From contig JBKHWS010000006.1 in assembly GCA_046566385.1 (NCBI GenBank), forward strand, positions 2,055 through 66,054: 64,000 bases of DNA. Direction: 5' to 3'. This document shows, piece after piece, positions 1 through 10,768 of this stretch. The position numbers and the translations under genes were made by a program. The stretch is from Bacteriovoracia bacterium (GTDB lineage Bacteria; Bdellovibrionota; Bacteriovoracia; Bacteriovoracales; Bacteriovoracaceae). The notes below the pieces were generated by a model. The model did not search any database. It worked only from the letters and a program-made list of their open reading frames with translations, and had not been told where the DNA came from. Position 1 is the stretch's first letter. Each line of letters begins with the position of its first letter.

Positions 1-2098
1 CTTTTAAATTGTCTTCAGATTTTGATGGCTGCAGGTTTGTCGCCATACTTGAAATCTTCAGCTTATACATTTCCACTTGCTTATTGAGGTTCTGGTTTTG
101 TTTCTCCAGATCTTTCATGATCTGGTTGTTTGTGGACGAGGCTCCGGTGGTTAGGGCCTTGCTTAATTGGTCGGTCTTGGACTTGAAGTCCACAATTTCT
201 TTTTCTTTCTTTTCGATCAACTTGGTAAAACTTTCTTTCGATTTAATGAGCATGAGGTCCTTGGCCCTCACTTCCCTTTCCGCCTTTTCAAGTTGCTGGT
301 TAAAGACCATGTCCTTCTGAGTAGACTCGAGTTCTAACTTCCTGATCTTTATTTCTTCCTGTTTAAGTTTTTCTAACAGGGAATTAATTTTTTGAAGGTC
401 CTGATCATTTAGATTCTTCTGCCCGATTTTATCCTGAAGCTCTTTTCTTTCTTTTTCAGAAGGGTCATCCTTTACGATCATATCGCCAGCGGCCTGAGAA
501 GCTTTGGCCTGGATTTCAGCCAGTTTATTTCGTGATTCCTTGAGAATCCTCACTTCCGAGGCCATGGCCTTCAGTTGAGTTTTCAGCTTCTCTTTTTCAC
601 TGTTGGCGGTCATGAGTCGGGCCTCGAGGTTTTTAACCATCTGACCTGATTCCGAATTACCGACAACATTGCCGGGCAGTGATTTCACCTTCAATGAAGC
701 TTCAAGTTCATTTTTAAGAATGTCAGGGATTCTTTGTACTTCAAACTTTTCAAGATCTCCTGCATTCAAGTCATCAACTGATTTATTAAGGTCTTTTGCA
801 AAATCAAATAAGCCCGTTTTAATGCTTCCCGGAAGAGAATCTCCCAGGGAGCGAACTGCGAGATTTTTCTCTTTTGTGGCTTCATCTATGGAAGACGCAA
901 TTTTAAAGACTGTTTTATCTACGTCAAGCTTACTTCCACCGAGTTTAAAGATACTCTTATCTTCCTCAACCTTTCCTTTAACTGTCTGGATCACCTCTTC
1001 CAGAACTTCTCCTCCCTGAACCAGGCGGACCTCATCTTCTGTCAACTCATTACCTGAAACGACAGTTGAGGATTCACCTTCTCCATTGGCCGAACCAGAG
1101 ACAACGGTTGATCCATCTTCAGATTCTTCAGAACCCTTAACCACGGTAGAGCTCACTTCATCAGGGACTGAGGAAGGAATAGTTACCTTGGAGCTAAAGT
1201 CAGGGATTTCTTTTCCGGAAACTGTAATAGACGCAGGAGCATTTTCATTGTCATACTGAGCAAGAGGAACGCCCCCTTCCACTGCTGTGATCATCAATCC
1301 ACGATTTTCAAATTTAATTCGCTCATCTTTTGTCCACAAAGTCGTCATCACAACCTTACTGACTTCTGGCATGTAGGAGAAATCAAAGAAGTCCGTTGAT
1401 TGAACAGCAACGTTAAGAAGATATTCTTCGGCCTTCTTTGAGATCGAAGAACTGAGACTGGTTGAGAAATCCAGAACATTCAGCTGTTTTGAATAAAAAT
1501 GTACCTGAACAGCGAAAATATCCTCATATGTTCCATATGTGACTTCTATGGGAAAGCCTGCCTTCCCCTTATTCTTGAGACCGCTCACATACATCATCAG
1601 ATGATCAAAGCAGGTTTTAATTGAAAGAGCTTCAACTCCACCTTCAAATGCCTTGTGAACCATTCTGTCGAGATACTCTCCGGTATTAAACGGATTTGAA
1701 ATGTTGAACGATCCCTCTTCTTTAAAGACAGGATAGTTATCACCAAGAGTGATTCCGCCGTATCCCTGGAGGTATTTATCCAGAATAAAGTTCCCCATCG
1801 GCCCCTTGAACCAGCAGTCGTCAAGAATCAGGTTCCCATTGTTGATGGTAAAATTCTGAAGATCCAGTACTTTTGAGAGTGAGATGACATGCCGATCCTG
1901 CTTGATCAAATCATAGACGATATTCAGATGGTCAAAGTTATGAATGTCTTTGGTTATAATATGAGTCCAGTCTTTCTGCTCATTATTGACAAGAGGATCT
2001 ACCACTTCAATATTTTTTGAAGAAAAATATTCTGCAAGCTCAGGGATGAGCTCTCCAGTAAGATTCAGAATGGTGAGTGGCTTCTGCGGCTTGTCCAC
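1..2098 (-). CDS. Large hypothetical protein with acidic linker and long C-terminal coiled coil (3' end runs off the window)
   Basis: Open minus-strand frame from GTG at 2098 (overlaps the upstream TAG as TAGTG) to the window edge; MDKPQKPLTILNL... then heptad-rich K/E/Q/L sequence. Absent from the ORF track because it has no stop in the window. Confidence 0.8.
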   Translation of the reverse strand, partial: MDKPQKPLTILNLTGELIPELAEYFSSKNIEVVDPLVNNEQKDWTHIITKDIHNFDHLNIVYDLIKQDRHVISLSKVLDLQNFTINNGNLILDDCWFKGPMGNFILDKYLQGYGGITLGDNYPVFKEEGSFNISNPFNTGEYLDRMVHKAFEGGVEALSIKTCFDHLMMYVSGLKNKGKAGFPIEVTYGTYEDIFAVQVHFYSKQLNVLDFSTSLSSSISKKAEEYLLNVAVQSTDFFDFSYMPEVSKVVMTTLWTKDERIKFENRGLMITAVEGGVPLAQYDNENAPASITVSGKEIPDFSSKVTIPSSVPDEVSSTVVKGSEESEDGSTVVSGSANGEGESSTVVSGNELTEDEVRLVQGGEVLEEVIQTVKGKVEEDKSIFKLGGSKLDVDKTVFKIASSIDEATKEKNLAVRSLGDSLPGSIKTGLFDFAKDLNKSVDDLNAGDLEKFEVQRIPDILKNELEASLKVKSLPGNVVGNSESGQMVKNLEARLMTANSEKEKLKTQLKAMASEVRILKESRNKLAEIQAKASQAAGDMIVKDDPSEKERKELQDKIGQKNLNDQDLQKINSLLEKLKQEEIKIRKLELESTQKDMVFNQQLEKAEREVRAKDLMLIKSKESFTKLIEKKEKEIVDFKSKTDQLSKALTTGASSTNNQIMKDLEKQNQNLNKQVEMYKLKISSMATNLQPSKSEDNLK

Positions 2099-3093
2099 TA
2101 TGAACCTGTCTCCTTCAAGGCTTTAAAATGATCGAAGGTATAGCACAACTTTTTATAAACTCGGTTGACCGGAAGATCCTGAAGCTTCTGATTTTTAAAT
2201 TCCAATAAATACTTCAAGACATCATTTTCAAATGTGTAATCAGCAATAATTTCAACCAATGAATCTGAAAAGATCACGATGGCTTCCCAACTGGAAACCT
2301 GTCCTTTAAAGACTCCTCTCGGAAAACCAGTACCATCAGAAAGCTCATGCTGGTAAAGGGTCACTTCCGCCAGCTCTGTAAAAGCAAGGATCGAAAGTGA
2401 TTTGAGGACTTCGTAACTCTTCGCCGGATGTTTCAGGAAGACTTCCATCTCAAACTCCGAAGCTTTTTCCTTCAGAAGAAACTCTTTTCCACTTCCAGGC
2501 ATTTTATTCTCTTCGTTGCAGGCCTGTGCAACAAAGTAACTATAGCTACTTTGACAGAGTCCGATGTCGAGCATGAAGGTTAAGTTATAAAAGTCTCTCA
2601 ACATGAGAAAATCGTAGTAGTCGTTTGACAGGGCAACAGTGACGGAAAATGCGGCTGCATACAGGGCTTTTCTATAAAGATGCATATCAGTCTCATGCAT
2701 CTTTAACTGTTCCTCAAAGGGAACCTGACAAAACTCTTCATGGCATGCCAGTGCAAAGCTGAGGAAGTGCTCATTGTCACTGAAGACCCGGTGAAAATAA
2801 CCAAGAATCTCAAATGACTTCTCTCTTAAGTCTTTTTCAAAACGAAGATAACGTAGTTCCCGAAAGAGAGTTTTAAATTTTTCTTTAACGTTTTCATTAA
2901 CAACAGATTCAAAATCAAAAGTGTGATTAGTGATGGCGTACTTCTTGATGAAACCAGGATCTACAAATACCCCGGGTTTCATCAAATAAAACTTTCTGCC
3001 ACCCGAGGAGAGGTAGAGATGACCTTCGCAAACAATCTTTTTGGAAAGATCCTTTACCTGCAGCTTAATAAAATTTTGTGTTTCTGTTTTCAT
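2098..3093 (-). CDS. Degenerate HD-GYP domain protein
   Basis: MLDIG (HD position), KHP, YQHELSDGTGFPRG and IVIFSD resemble HD-GYP motifs with substitutions. Confidence 0.7.
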   Translation of the reverse strand: MKTETQNFIKLQVKDLSKKIVCEGHLYLSSGGRKFYLMKPGVFVDPGFIKKYAITNHTFDFESVVNENVKEKFKTLFRELRYLRFEKDLREKSFEILGYFHRVFSDNEHFLSFALACHEEFCQVPFEEQLKMHETDMHLYRKALYAAAFSVTVALSNDYYDFLMLRDFYNLTFMLDIGLCQSSYSYFVAQACNEENKMPGSGKEFLLKEKASEFEMEVFLKHPAKSYEVLKSLSILAFTELAEVTLYQHELSDGTGFPRGVFKGQVSSWEAIVIFSDSLVEIIADYTFENDVLKYLLEFKNQKLQDLPVNRVYKKLCYTFDHFKALKETGS

Positions 3094-3225
3094 AAAAGTC
3101 CAATACTTCTCTATACCTATCGGAAACTTGAAGAAAGGAATGAGGAACTTTAGCTTAAGATTTCTGCTCTTGATTAGTGGACTAACCTGCTCCTGTATCG
3201 TAGATTAAAAACTCAGGAGACATTC

Positions 3226-4674
3226 ATGAACTTTCTCTTTATCGATTGGTTTTTGATCGCTGCATACATAATTCTGGTGTTTTATCTTGCTATCAAGGCC
3301 GGGAAAAAAACCAAGACCGGAACCCACGATGAAAAAGAGATGGCGAGAGAACAATACCTCGCCAATAAATCCCTGACCTTTACTGAATCAATATGCTCAA
3401 TTATAGCCACTGAAGTTTCCGCTCTCACCTTCTTGGGGATCCCCGCCTTTGCCTATAACCGGGACTTCACCTTCATCCAGATCTACATGGGGGCCATTGT
3501 TGGACGTATTATCATCGCCAAAGTTTTCCTTCCGAAAGTCTACGACAAGGGTCTTACGATTTACGAAGTGATGGCCCAGGAAACAGGCCTGCCGTCTGGA
3601 CAAAGGATGGTGGCCATTTTTTATTCTCTCTCAAAAGTTTTATCAGTTGGGGTTCGCCTCTTTTCCGGCTCAATCCTGGTCTCGCACTTTCTCGGTTTCA
3701 ATGTTTATGTGGGACTGGCCATTGTCACCTTCGTTACTTTTTTCTATACCCTGGTGGGCGGTCTCAAGGCAGTCGTGCGCACTGATATTCTTCAAATGGG
3801 TCTTTTCATTTCGGGCGGAATACTTGCCCACTACTTGATACCACAGACCAATGGTCAAAGCTGGTCTGAGCTCATGGGGCTGGCGCACTCAGCAGGAAAG
3901 ACCTCTTTCTTTTCTTTTGAGAACCCATGGCCCTTCATCTTTGGTATTTTGGGAGGCATTCTTTTTGATATGTCCACTCATGGAGTTGATCAGGATTTTG
4001 CACAGAGACTAACTGCAAACAGAAGTTTAAGACACGGGCAGCTTGCCATCTTTTTTTCTTCCTTCATTTCAATCTCCGTCGGTTTACTTTTCTTAGGGGT
4101 CGGTGCTCTTCTTTGGGCCCATTACCAGACACATCCTTTTCCTGAGGGAGTCGCGAATGCTGACCATCTCTTTTCTTACTTCATTGTTAATCATTTCCCT
4201 CCGGGCATTCGGGGAATCATGGTGGCCGGAGTTCTGGCGGCGACCATGAGTACATTAGATTCAACTATCAATGCATTATGCGCAACCTTATACAATGATA
4301 TCCTCCCTCATCGGGAATCATCAAAAATGGCCTTTTACTCTGCGCTTGATACAGTTGTTATCACTCTACTCCTGTTTGGTATCGCAGTTGTGGCCTCAAC
4401 AAATGATGGCCTTCTTATGCTTGGTCTTAAGGTTCAATCCTGGACCGGAGGAGCACTTCTCGGTCTGTTCATGACAAAAGTTGTATTTAAGAAATGGTTC
4501 CCTTACAAATTGAATACTGTGAATGTCATTGGGGCCTATGCCGTAGGCATTGGAGGAGTTTATCTAAATCAACTCCTCCAATGGGATTGGAACCTGAATG
4601 TTTACTGGGGTTGCCTATTGAGCATGGCCTTCCTGAAGACCTACTCGATGGCTAAACCAATGAAGCAAGGCTAG
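3226..4674 (+). CDS. Sodium:solute symporter (SSS family)
   Basis: Multi-TM protein; [38 protein letters not shown] motifs; AGGAG RBS. Confidence 0.9.
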   Translation: MNFLFIDWFLIAAYIILVFYLAIKAGKKTKTGTHDEKEMAREQYLANKSLTFTESICSIIATEVSALTFLGIPAFAYNRDFTFIQIYMGAIVGRIIIAKVFLPKVYDKGLTIYEVMAQETGLPSGQRMVAIFYSLSKVLSVGVRLFSGSILVSHFLGFNVYVGLAIVTFVTFFYTLVGGLKAVVRTDILQMGLFISGGILAHYLIPQTNGQSWSELMGLAHSAGKTSFFSFENPWPFIFGILGGILFDMSTHGVDQDFAQRLTANRSLRHGQLAIFFSSFISISVGLLFLGVGALLWAHYQTHPFPEGVANADHLFSYFIVNHFPPGIRGIMVAGVLAATMSTLDSTINALCATLYNDILPHRESSKMAFYSALDTVVITLLLFGIAVVASTNDGLLMLGLKVQSWTGGALLGLFMTKVVFKKWFPYKLNTVNVIGAYAVGIGGVYLNQLLQWDWNLNVYWGCLLSMAFLKTYSMAKPMKQG

Positions 4675-6379
4675 CTTTCGCATCACCCTTTGGAATCGCT
4701 GAAAGAAGAGTACGTGTGTATTCTTCTTTTGGATTTTTATAAATGCTGCTCGCTTTATCCATCTCGATGATCTTACCTGCATTCATAACGCCGACTTCAT
4801 CAGCGATGAAATTCACAACTGAAAGGTCGTGGGAAATGAAAATATAAGTGAGACCGAACTCTTCCTGGAGATCGAGCAATAGGTTCAGCACTTGGGCCTG
4901 AACCGATACATCGAGTGCAGAAACAGATTCATCACAGACAACAAACTCAGGGCGAAGCATGAGAGCGCGGGCGATACAGATTCTCTGTCTTTGCCCACCT
5001 GAAAACTCGTGAGGATAGCGATTAAGTTGATTGGACTTAAGCCCTACTTTCTCGAAGAGCTCTCGGGCCATATCCAGTCTTTCTGCCCTGCCACTTCCGA
5101 TGTTATGGATGTTAAGCGGTTCTGTTAGAATTTCTGATACGGTCATCCTTGGATTCAGGGATGAATAAGGATCCTGAAAAATGATCTGCATTTTACGACG
5201 AAGAAGACGAAGCTCCTCACCGTAAACTTTGGTTATATCTTTTCCATTATAGATAATGTTTCCTGAAGCTGGCTCAACCAGTCTAAGAATTGTTCTTCCA
5301 AGAGTAGTCTTACCACAACCAGACTCTCCCACCAGACCAAGAGTTTGCCCTTTCTTAAGGGTGAAGCTCACATCATGTACGGCCTTGAAGTGGTCTACTG
5401 TACGTCCGAAAATTCCGCCCTTAATGGGGAATTGAGTAACGAGGTTCTTTACTTCCAGAAGGATGTCTGAAGATTTTTCTTCTTCCTGAGCTTTATCAAA
5501 AACCACCACCCTTTCAGGTGAAACTTTCTTTTCAACTCCCTGCTCATCCATGAAGTCACTTACAGTCAGAAGTCTTCTTGGGTTGGCCCCAAGTTTAGGC
5601 CGACAGGCAAGAAGGCCCTTAGTGTAAGGATGCTTTGCTGTATAGAAAATTTCCTTGGCATTATTTTGTTCAACAACGTTAGAACGGTACATAACAACAA
5701 CATCATCAGCGATGTCGCCAATGACTCCGAGATCGTGAGTAATGAACATCATACTCATATGGTACTTTTGCTGAAGATCATGCAGAAGTTCCAGGACCTG
5801 TTTCTGAATGGTCACATCAAGAGCGGTCGTAGGTTCGTCAGCAATGAGAAGCTTTGGCTCACATGAAATGGCCATGGCAATCATCACACGTTGCTTTTGT
5901 CCGCCCGACATTTCATGAGGGTACTTATGTGCACTTGCTGATGGATTAGGAATCCCCACCTGGTTCATAAGATCAACTGCCCGATCCCAGGCTTCTTTTT
6001 TTGAAACGTTTTTATGAATTCTGATGGACTCGGCGATCTGATCACCAACTTTAAAAACCGGATTTAAGCTGGTCATCGGCTCCTGGAAAATCATGGAAAT
6101 CTGGTTTCCTCTGAGATCTCTCATTTGATCATCAGTGAAATTAAGGAGGTTCTGGCCGTTAAAAAGGATTTCACCCTGAGGAATTTTACCGGCCGGCTTT
6201 TGCAAAAGTCCCATAACAGCAAGAGAGGTTACGGATTTTCCCGATCCTGACTCACCCACAATTCCGATGGTTTTTCCCGCCGGAATATCAAATGAAACAT
6301 TATTAACTGCTCTCGTAACACCTTCATTGGTGTGAAACTCGACCACAAGATCTCTTACTGAAAGTAGTGGTGATGTCAT
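4652..6379 (-). CDS. Peptide ABC transporter ATP-binding protein, fused double domain (OppD/OppF-like)
   Basis: Two Walker A ([16 protein letters not shown]), SGGQ signatures, IFQEP/IFQDP, HPYT. Confidence 0.95.
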   Translation of the reverse strand: MTSPLLSVRDLVVEFHTNEGVTRAVNNVSFDIPAGKTIGIVGESGSGKSVTSLAVMGLLQKPAGKIPQGEILFNGQNLLNFTDDQMRDLRGNQISMIFQEPMTSLNPVFKVGDQIAESIRIHKNVSKKEAWDRAVDLMNQVGIPNPSASAHKYPHEMSGGQKQRVMIAMAISCEPKLLIADEPTTALDVTIQKQVLELLHDLQQKYHMSMMFITHDLGVIGDIADDVVVMYRSNVVEQNNAKEIFYTAKHPYTKGLLACRPKLGANPRRLLTVSDFMDEQGVEKKVSPERVVVFDKAQEEEKSSDILLEVKNLVTQFPIKGGIFGRTVDHFKAVHDVSFTLKKGQTLGLVGESGCGKTTLGRTILRLVEPASGNIIYNGKDITKVYGEELRLLRRKMQIIFQDPYSSLNPRMTVSEILTEPLNIHNIGSGRAERLDMARELFEKVGLKSNQLNRYPHEFSGGQRQRICIARALMLRPEFVVCDESVSALDVSVQAQVLNLLLDLQEEFGLTYIFISHDLSVVNFIADEVGVMNAGKIIEMDKASSIYKNPKEEYTRTLLSAIPKGDAKASLASLV

Positions 6380-6381
6380 AG

Positions 6382-7233
6382 CTATTTTCCTTTTAGCTTA
6401 GGATCAAGGGAATCTCTCAAAGCATCCCCAAGTAAGTTAAACGCAAGTACAACCAGGAACATGGCGAAAGTAGCTCCCGCTAGCTGCCACCAGACTCCTC
6501 TTGAAAGCTCAAGTTTGGCATCATCGATCATAGTTCCCCAGCTCGGCTCGCCCTGAACACCCAGGCCAAGATAAGAAAGGATCACCTCAGATTTGATGGC
6601 AAACTGAAACTGAAGAGAAGTATTGATGATCACAATGTGAGTGACGTTCGGAAGAATATGTAAAAAAAGCTTTCTCATATGTCCGCCACCAATAGCACCG
6701 GCCGCCTGAACATATTCTCTTTCTTTATGCTTCATGACTTCACCACGAATGAGACGGCAAAGAGTCACCCAGCTGGTAGCACCTAAGGCGATATAAACAG
6801 CGAAGAGACCTTTTCCTAGGATCATGGTGATGGAAATCAAGAGCATGATGTTTGGAATGGAGGAAAACGTGGTGTAAAGCCAGGTGATGAAATCATCAAC
6901 CCAACCACCGAAGTAACCGGCCACTGCACCCAAAACAACTCCGATTGGAATGGCAATAAGTGAAGTCACTAGACCCACTGACATGGCCACCTGGGTTCCC
7001 CGAAGAACTTTAGCGAAAACATCCCGACCGAAGATGTCGGTCCCAAACCAATGCTCGGCTGAAGGAGGAAGATTTGAAGCTCCCACTTCCCTTGCCCAGT
7101 CAGAGGCCATTAATCCCGTCGCAACCAGGACCGCCACTAAAGAATAGACTAAAACAATGATCAATGACCCCAGGGCCCACTTGTCCTTGATTAATCTGTT
7201 AAATGCATCTTTCCACAACGAATTCTCTTTCAT
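6382..7233 (-). CDS. Peptide ABC transporter permease (OppC/DppC-like)
   Basis: [14 protein letters not shown]-like loop [24 protein letters not shown]. Confidence 0.95.
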   Translation of the reverse strand: MKENSLWKDAFNRLIKDKWALGSLIIVLVYSLVAVLVATGLMASDWAREVGASNLPPSAEHWFGTDIFGRDVFAKVLRGTQVAMSVGLVTSLIAIPIGVVLGAVAGYFGGWVDDFITWLYTTFSSIPNIMLLISITMILGKGLFAVYIALGATSWVTLCRLIRGEVMKHKEREYVQAAGAIGGGHMRKLFLHILPNVTHIVIINTSLQFQFAIKSEVILSYLGLGVQGEPSWGTMIDDAKLELSRGVWWQLAGATFAMFLVVLAFNLLGDALRDSLDPKLKGK

Positions 7234-7244
7234 ATTCCCACTTT

Positions 7245-8180
7245 CTACTTCAACTTAACTCTTGGATCAGCGAAGGTATATAAAATGTCTGTAACAAGAC
7301 TCATGATGATATATAGAACGCTCGAAAGGATCGCCATGGCCTTGATGACCGGGAAATCCGAAGAGTTCAGAGCGTTCAGGGTAATTCCTCCTAGTCCTGG
7401 GATACTGAAAAAGTTTTCAAGGAGAAGGGCCCCGAGGATCAGGGTTGGAATTTGAATAACCACATAAGTAATGATTGGAATGAGAGCATTTCTCAGAACG
7501 TGTTTAAGAAGAATAACAAATTCTGAAAGACCTTTCGCTCGCGCAGTTCTTACATAATCCTGGTAAATCTCATCCAGGATCACTGTTCTGAAGAAACGAA
7601 CATCGGGACCAAGACTTAAAAGTACGAAGATGATGGCCGGAAGGGCAATATACGGAACGAAATCCGGAAAGCCATATTCAAAACCGGAAATTTCAAACCA
7701 TCCCATCTTGTAGGCGAAGAAGTACTGAAAGAAAAGAATGTAGGCCAGGGCCGAAATACTTTGACCAGCAATACAAAGGACACGGATGAAAACATCAATT
7801 CCTTTTCCCCGGTAGAAAGCCACCACCAGTGAAATCACCAGGGAAAGTATGGTGGCAATGGTGAAGGCAGGAACAGTGAGGGCCAGGGAAGGATAAGCTC
7901 CCTGCATAATCATCTCAGATATTTCCTGCTTAGTTGCCCAGGACCTGCCAAAATCAAAAGTAAATGCCGATCTCACCACATCAAGATATTGATCAAGAAG
8001 GGGCTTATTAAGTCCCAGTTGCTCTCTTAATTCAGCCATCTGCCGGGCAGTGGCATTTTTTCCTAGGAGAACAGCTGTCGGGTCTCCGGAAATAACGTTA
8101 AAGAGTACAAAGATAATAAAACTCACCCCGAGTAAAACCGGGATGAGGTATAAAAGTCTGCGAATAATGTACTTGATCAT
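7245..8180 (-). CDS. Peptide ABC transporter permease (OppB/DppB-like)
   Basis: YIIRRLL, DYVRTARAKGL, HVLRNAL, DILYTFADPRV. Confidence 0.95.
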   Translation of the reverse strand: MIKYIIRRLLYLIPVLLGVSFIIFVLFNVISGDPTAVLLGKNATARQMAELREQLGLNKPLLDQYLDVVRSAFTFDFGRSWATKQEISEMIMQGAYPSLALTVPAFTIATILSLVISLVVAFYRGKGIDVFIRVLCIAGQSISALAYILFFQYFFAYKMGWFEISGFEYGFPDFVPYIALPAIIFVLLSLGPDVRFFRTVILDEIYQDYVRTARAKGLSEFVILLKHVLRNALIPIITYVVIQIPTLILGALLLENFFSIPGLGGITLNALNSSDFPVIKAMAILSSVLYIIMSLVTDILYTFADPRVKLK

Positions 8181-8188
8181 CTTTCCTG

Positions 8189-9943
8189 CTAAAACTTCTT
8201 ACTAAGTTGTTTCTTCACTTCAAGGTCAACGTTCAGATATTGAAATTGAGAATGATTAAATTCCATGTGCTTAAAGTTTTTTAGCCAGGCATGTGCAAGG
8301 AAGATCTCAGTTCTGTGGAAACCGAATACCCATGGAGCATCATGAGCTACCATTTCATTAAGTTTCTCGTACTGGGAAGTTCTTTCTGGTGAATCCTGCA
8401 TGATCGTCGCTTTCTTGTAGATAGCATCAAACTCATCATTACAGTAGTTAGCACCATTAGATCCCGGAGACTGGTTAGGACAGTAAAGGAGACCAAGAAA
8501 GTTCTCAGCATCAGGGTAATCAGCACCCCATGCCATGGTATACATCTGGTGCTGTTTCTTCGTTACTTTATTCACCAGTTCAGGCCATGTATTCATGCCG
8601 ACATCAATATTGATACCGATCTTCTGCATGCTCTTTTCAAAGAACTCAACCTGCTGGCGGGAAATAGTATCACTTCTTGTTTGAACAACAATGGCAGGAA
8701 GACCTTTACCATCAGGGTATCCGGCTTCAGCGAGAAGTTTTTTTGCCTGTTCAATGTCGTAGTTCACAAAAGGGTTCTTGAACTCTTTCTTCTGTCCACC
8801 AAGACCTGGAGGTACTGGCCCTTGAGCTGCAAACCCGGTTCCTTCAAGGAAAAGTCTGTTATAACCTTCACGATCGAAAGCAAGGTTCATTGCCTGTCTT
8901 AATTTGCGGTTTTTGAAGATCGGATCTTCATGGTTAAAAGCAAAGTAAGTCACATCAAGCATTGGCTCCATAACAAGCCGAACGCCTCTTTCCTTGTGCT
9001 CAGCTCTCAATTGCTTTTTATCATCAAGAGATTGAGGAATATTGACATCTTTTACTTCAATGAGATCAGCTTTAGCCGTCATGAATGACAACCATTTAGG
9101 CTGACTTTCAACAATGATGTGGACATTAATTTTATCTACCAGAGGAATCTTCTTTCCGGCGTCTGCAAGAAGACCGAGCTTATCATCCCCTTCAGCACCT
9201 TCAGAAGGATAGAACTTTTCGCGGAACTTTGGATTCCTTACGTAAGTAATCATGCTGGTCTGTTCGAACTTCGGCAGGATGAAAGGTCCAGTCCCTACCG
9301 GATAGTTCAGGAACTCTTTTCCAAAGTGCTCGACAGCTTCTTTAGCGACGATAAAAGTATAAGGCATGGCAAGAGCGTAAAGGAACTGAGGGAAAGGCCT
9401 TTTTAATTTCATCTGAACTGTGTAGTCATCGACTTTCTTCAGACCTTCTACAGCTTCATCATAATTTGTTTTTTCAGCTTGAGCGTACTTCTCTCTCCAT
9501 TCATTAAGACCGGCAAGGCGATCATCAAGTAACCACCAACCTTTCGCATGGAGCTTAGGATCAGCAAGGCGCTTGATTGAGTAGATGACATCATCTGCCT
9601 TCATTTCACGGCCGATGCCATCTTTGAAGGCAGGACTATCGTGGAAGAGAACGCCTTTTTTGAGCTTGATGGTATAAGTAAGCCCATCTTCGCTAACTGT
9701 CGGCATGCTTTCAGCAAGATTCGGCATCAATTCGTAAGGGCGCTTCAAAGGATGGAATTCAAACAGCCCTTCATAAACTTTACCGGCTTCATTTCCAGAA
9801 TATCTGTCAGAAGCGTTGATAGGGTCAAATCCGGAAATCTTTTCAGGAGAAATAAGATTTATCTCTCTTTCATCGAATTTTTTATCTTTCGTACAACCAA
9901 AAACAAGCAAGAGGGTACTTACTATGAGAATCAAACTCTTCAT
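8189..9943 (-). CDS. Peptide ABC transporter substrate-binding lipoprotein (family 5)
   Basis: Start reassigned to ATG 9943 (AGGAG RBS; lipobox VFGC); YEGL, PNLAES, PVGTGPF, WGADYPD motifs. Confidence 0.92.
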   Translation of the reverse strand: MKSLILIVSTLLLVFGCTKDKKFDEREINLISPEKISGFDPINASDRYSGNEAGKVYEGLFEFHPLKRPYELMPNLAESMPTVSEDGLTYTIKLKKGVLFHDSPAFKDGIGREMKADDVIYSIKRLADPKLHAKGWWLLDDRLAGLNEWREKYAQAEKTNYDEAVEGLKKVDDYTVQMKLKRPFPQFLYALAMPYTFIVAKEAVEHFGKEFLNYPVGTGPFILPKFEQTSMITYVRNPKFREKFYPSEGAEGDDKLGLLADAGKKIPLVDKINVHIIVESQPKWLSFMTAKADLIEVKDVNIPQSLDDKKQLRAEHKERGVRLVMEPMLDVTYFAFNHEDPIFKNRKLRQAMNLAFDREGYNRLFLEGTGFAAQGPVPPGLGGQKKEFKNPFVNYDIEQAKKLLAEAGYPDGKGLPAIVVQTRSDTISRQQVEFFEKSMQKIGINIDVGMNTWPELVNKVTKKQHQMYTMAWGADYPDAENFLGLLYCPNQSPGSNGANYCNDEFDAIYKKATIMQDSPERTSQYEKLNEMVAHDAPWVFGFHRTEIFLAHAWLKNFKHMEFNHSQFQYLNVDLEVKKQLSKKF

Positions 9944-10066
9944 TAAAAAAGCTCCTAAATTAAAATAGATATAATTGTAAGCCATTAGTCCTGCATTTAT
10001 CACTATAAAAACAACCTCTCTCTGACAAGAGGTGCAATTTGCCACCAAAATAGTCAGAATTAGGGG

Positions 10067-10726
10067 CTACCAGAAAAGCTCAAGTGACAGTGCAGGCTCT
10101 TTTCGCTTAAATTCAGTGCTCTTAGTATAGAGGTGAAAGTCAGTATTTGAGAAGAAAGAGTCAGTAAGATTTTTTGCGACCACTTCCAGTGTTTTCCCTT
10201 TCCCCAGAAACTTTTGGACATAAAAATTCTTTTCCGAGGCCGAAACCAGATACTTTTCTCCATCAAGTGTACACAACATCTCATCTTTCTGCGCATCGCA
10301 ATGTCTCTTCAACTCCAGCTCTTTTGCCACAATAAAGCGGATGAGGGAGCGAAGTTCTTTGAGAAACTCATCTGAGGAAATAACTTTATCAAGCCTTCTT
10401 GCCCGAAACTCTCTTTGTATTCTTTGCTCAAAAGTTTCTGTTTCAGCATTATTCACATGACTTTTCCTGAGATCAGGGAGAATCATCACTTCTTCACCAT
10501 GAAGAGGAATAGCGACCGCCAGGATCCAGTCTTTATCCTCGTTCAGAACACTATCTACGCTGAACACGTATTTATTCTTACCTAAGGACAATCTTCCCTT
10601 CCCCTCTCCGGTAACTTTCACCGCTTCCAGTAATTTCTGTTTATCCTGGTCCTGAAGAGAAGAGGTTCCCTTAAAGAGAGCGCAGCCTGAGAATAAAATA
10701 AGAAAGGCCATGTGTTTCAATAACAT
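10067..10726 (-). CDS. Lipoprotein, possibly LolB-like
   Basis: Lipobox FSGC; beta-rich GEGKGRLSL...AIPLHGEE; lies directly downstream of an LbcA-type TPR gene. Confidence 0.55.
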   Translation of the reverse strand: MLLKHMAFLILFSGCALFKGTSSLQDQDKQKLLEAVKVTGEGKGRLSLGKNKYVFSVDSVLNEDKDWILAVAIPLHGEEVMILPDLRKSHVNNAETETFEQRIQREFRARRLDKVISSDEFLKELRSLIRFIVAKELELKRHCDAQKDEMLCTLDGEKYLVSASEKNFYVQKFLGKGKTLEVVAKNLTDSFFSNTDFHLYTKSTEFKRKEPALSLELFW

Positions 10727-10768
10727 GACCTCATCTTGAATTCGTTTTTGTTGAAACGCAAGAAACTA

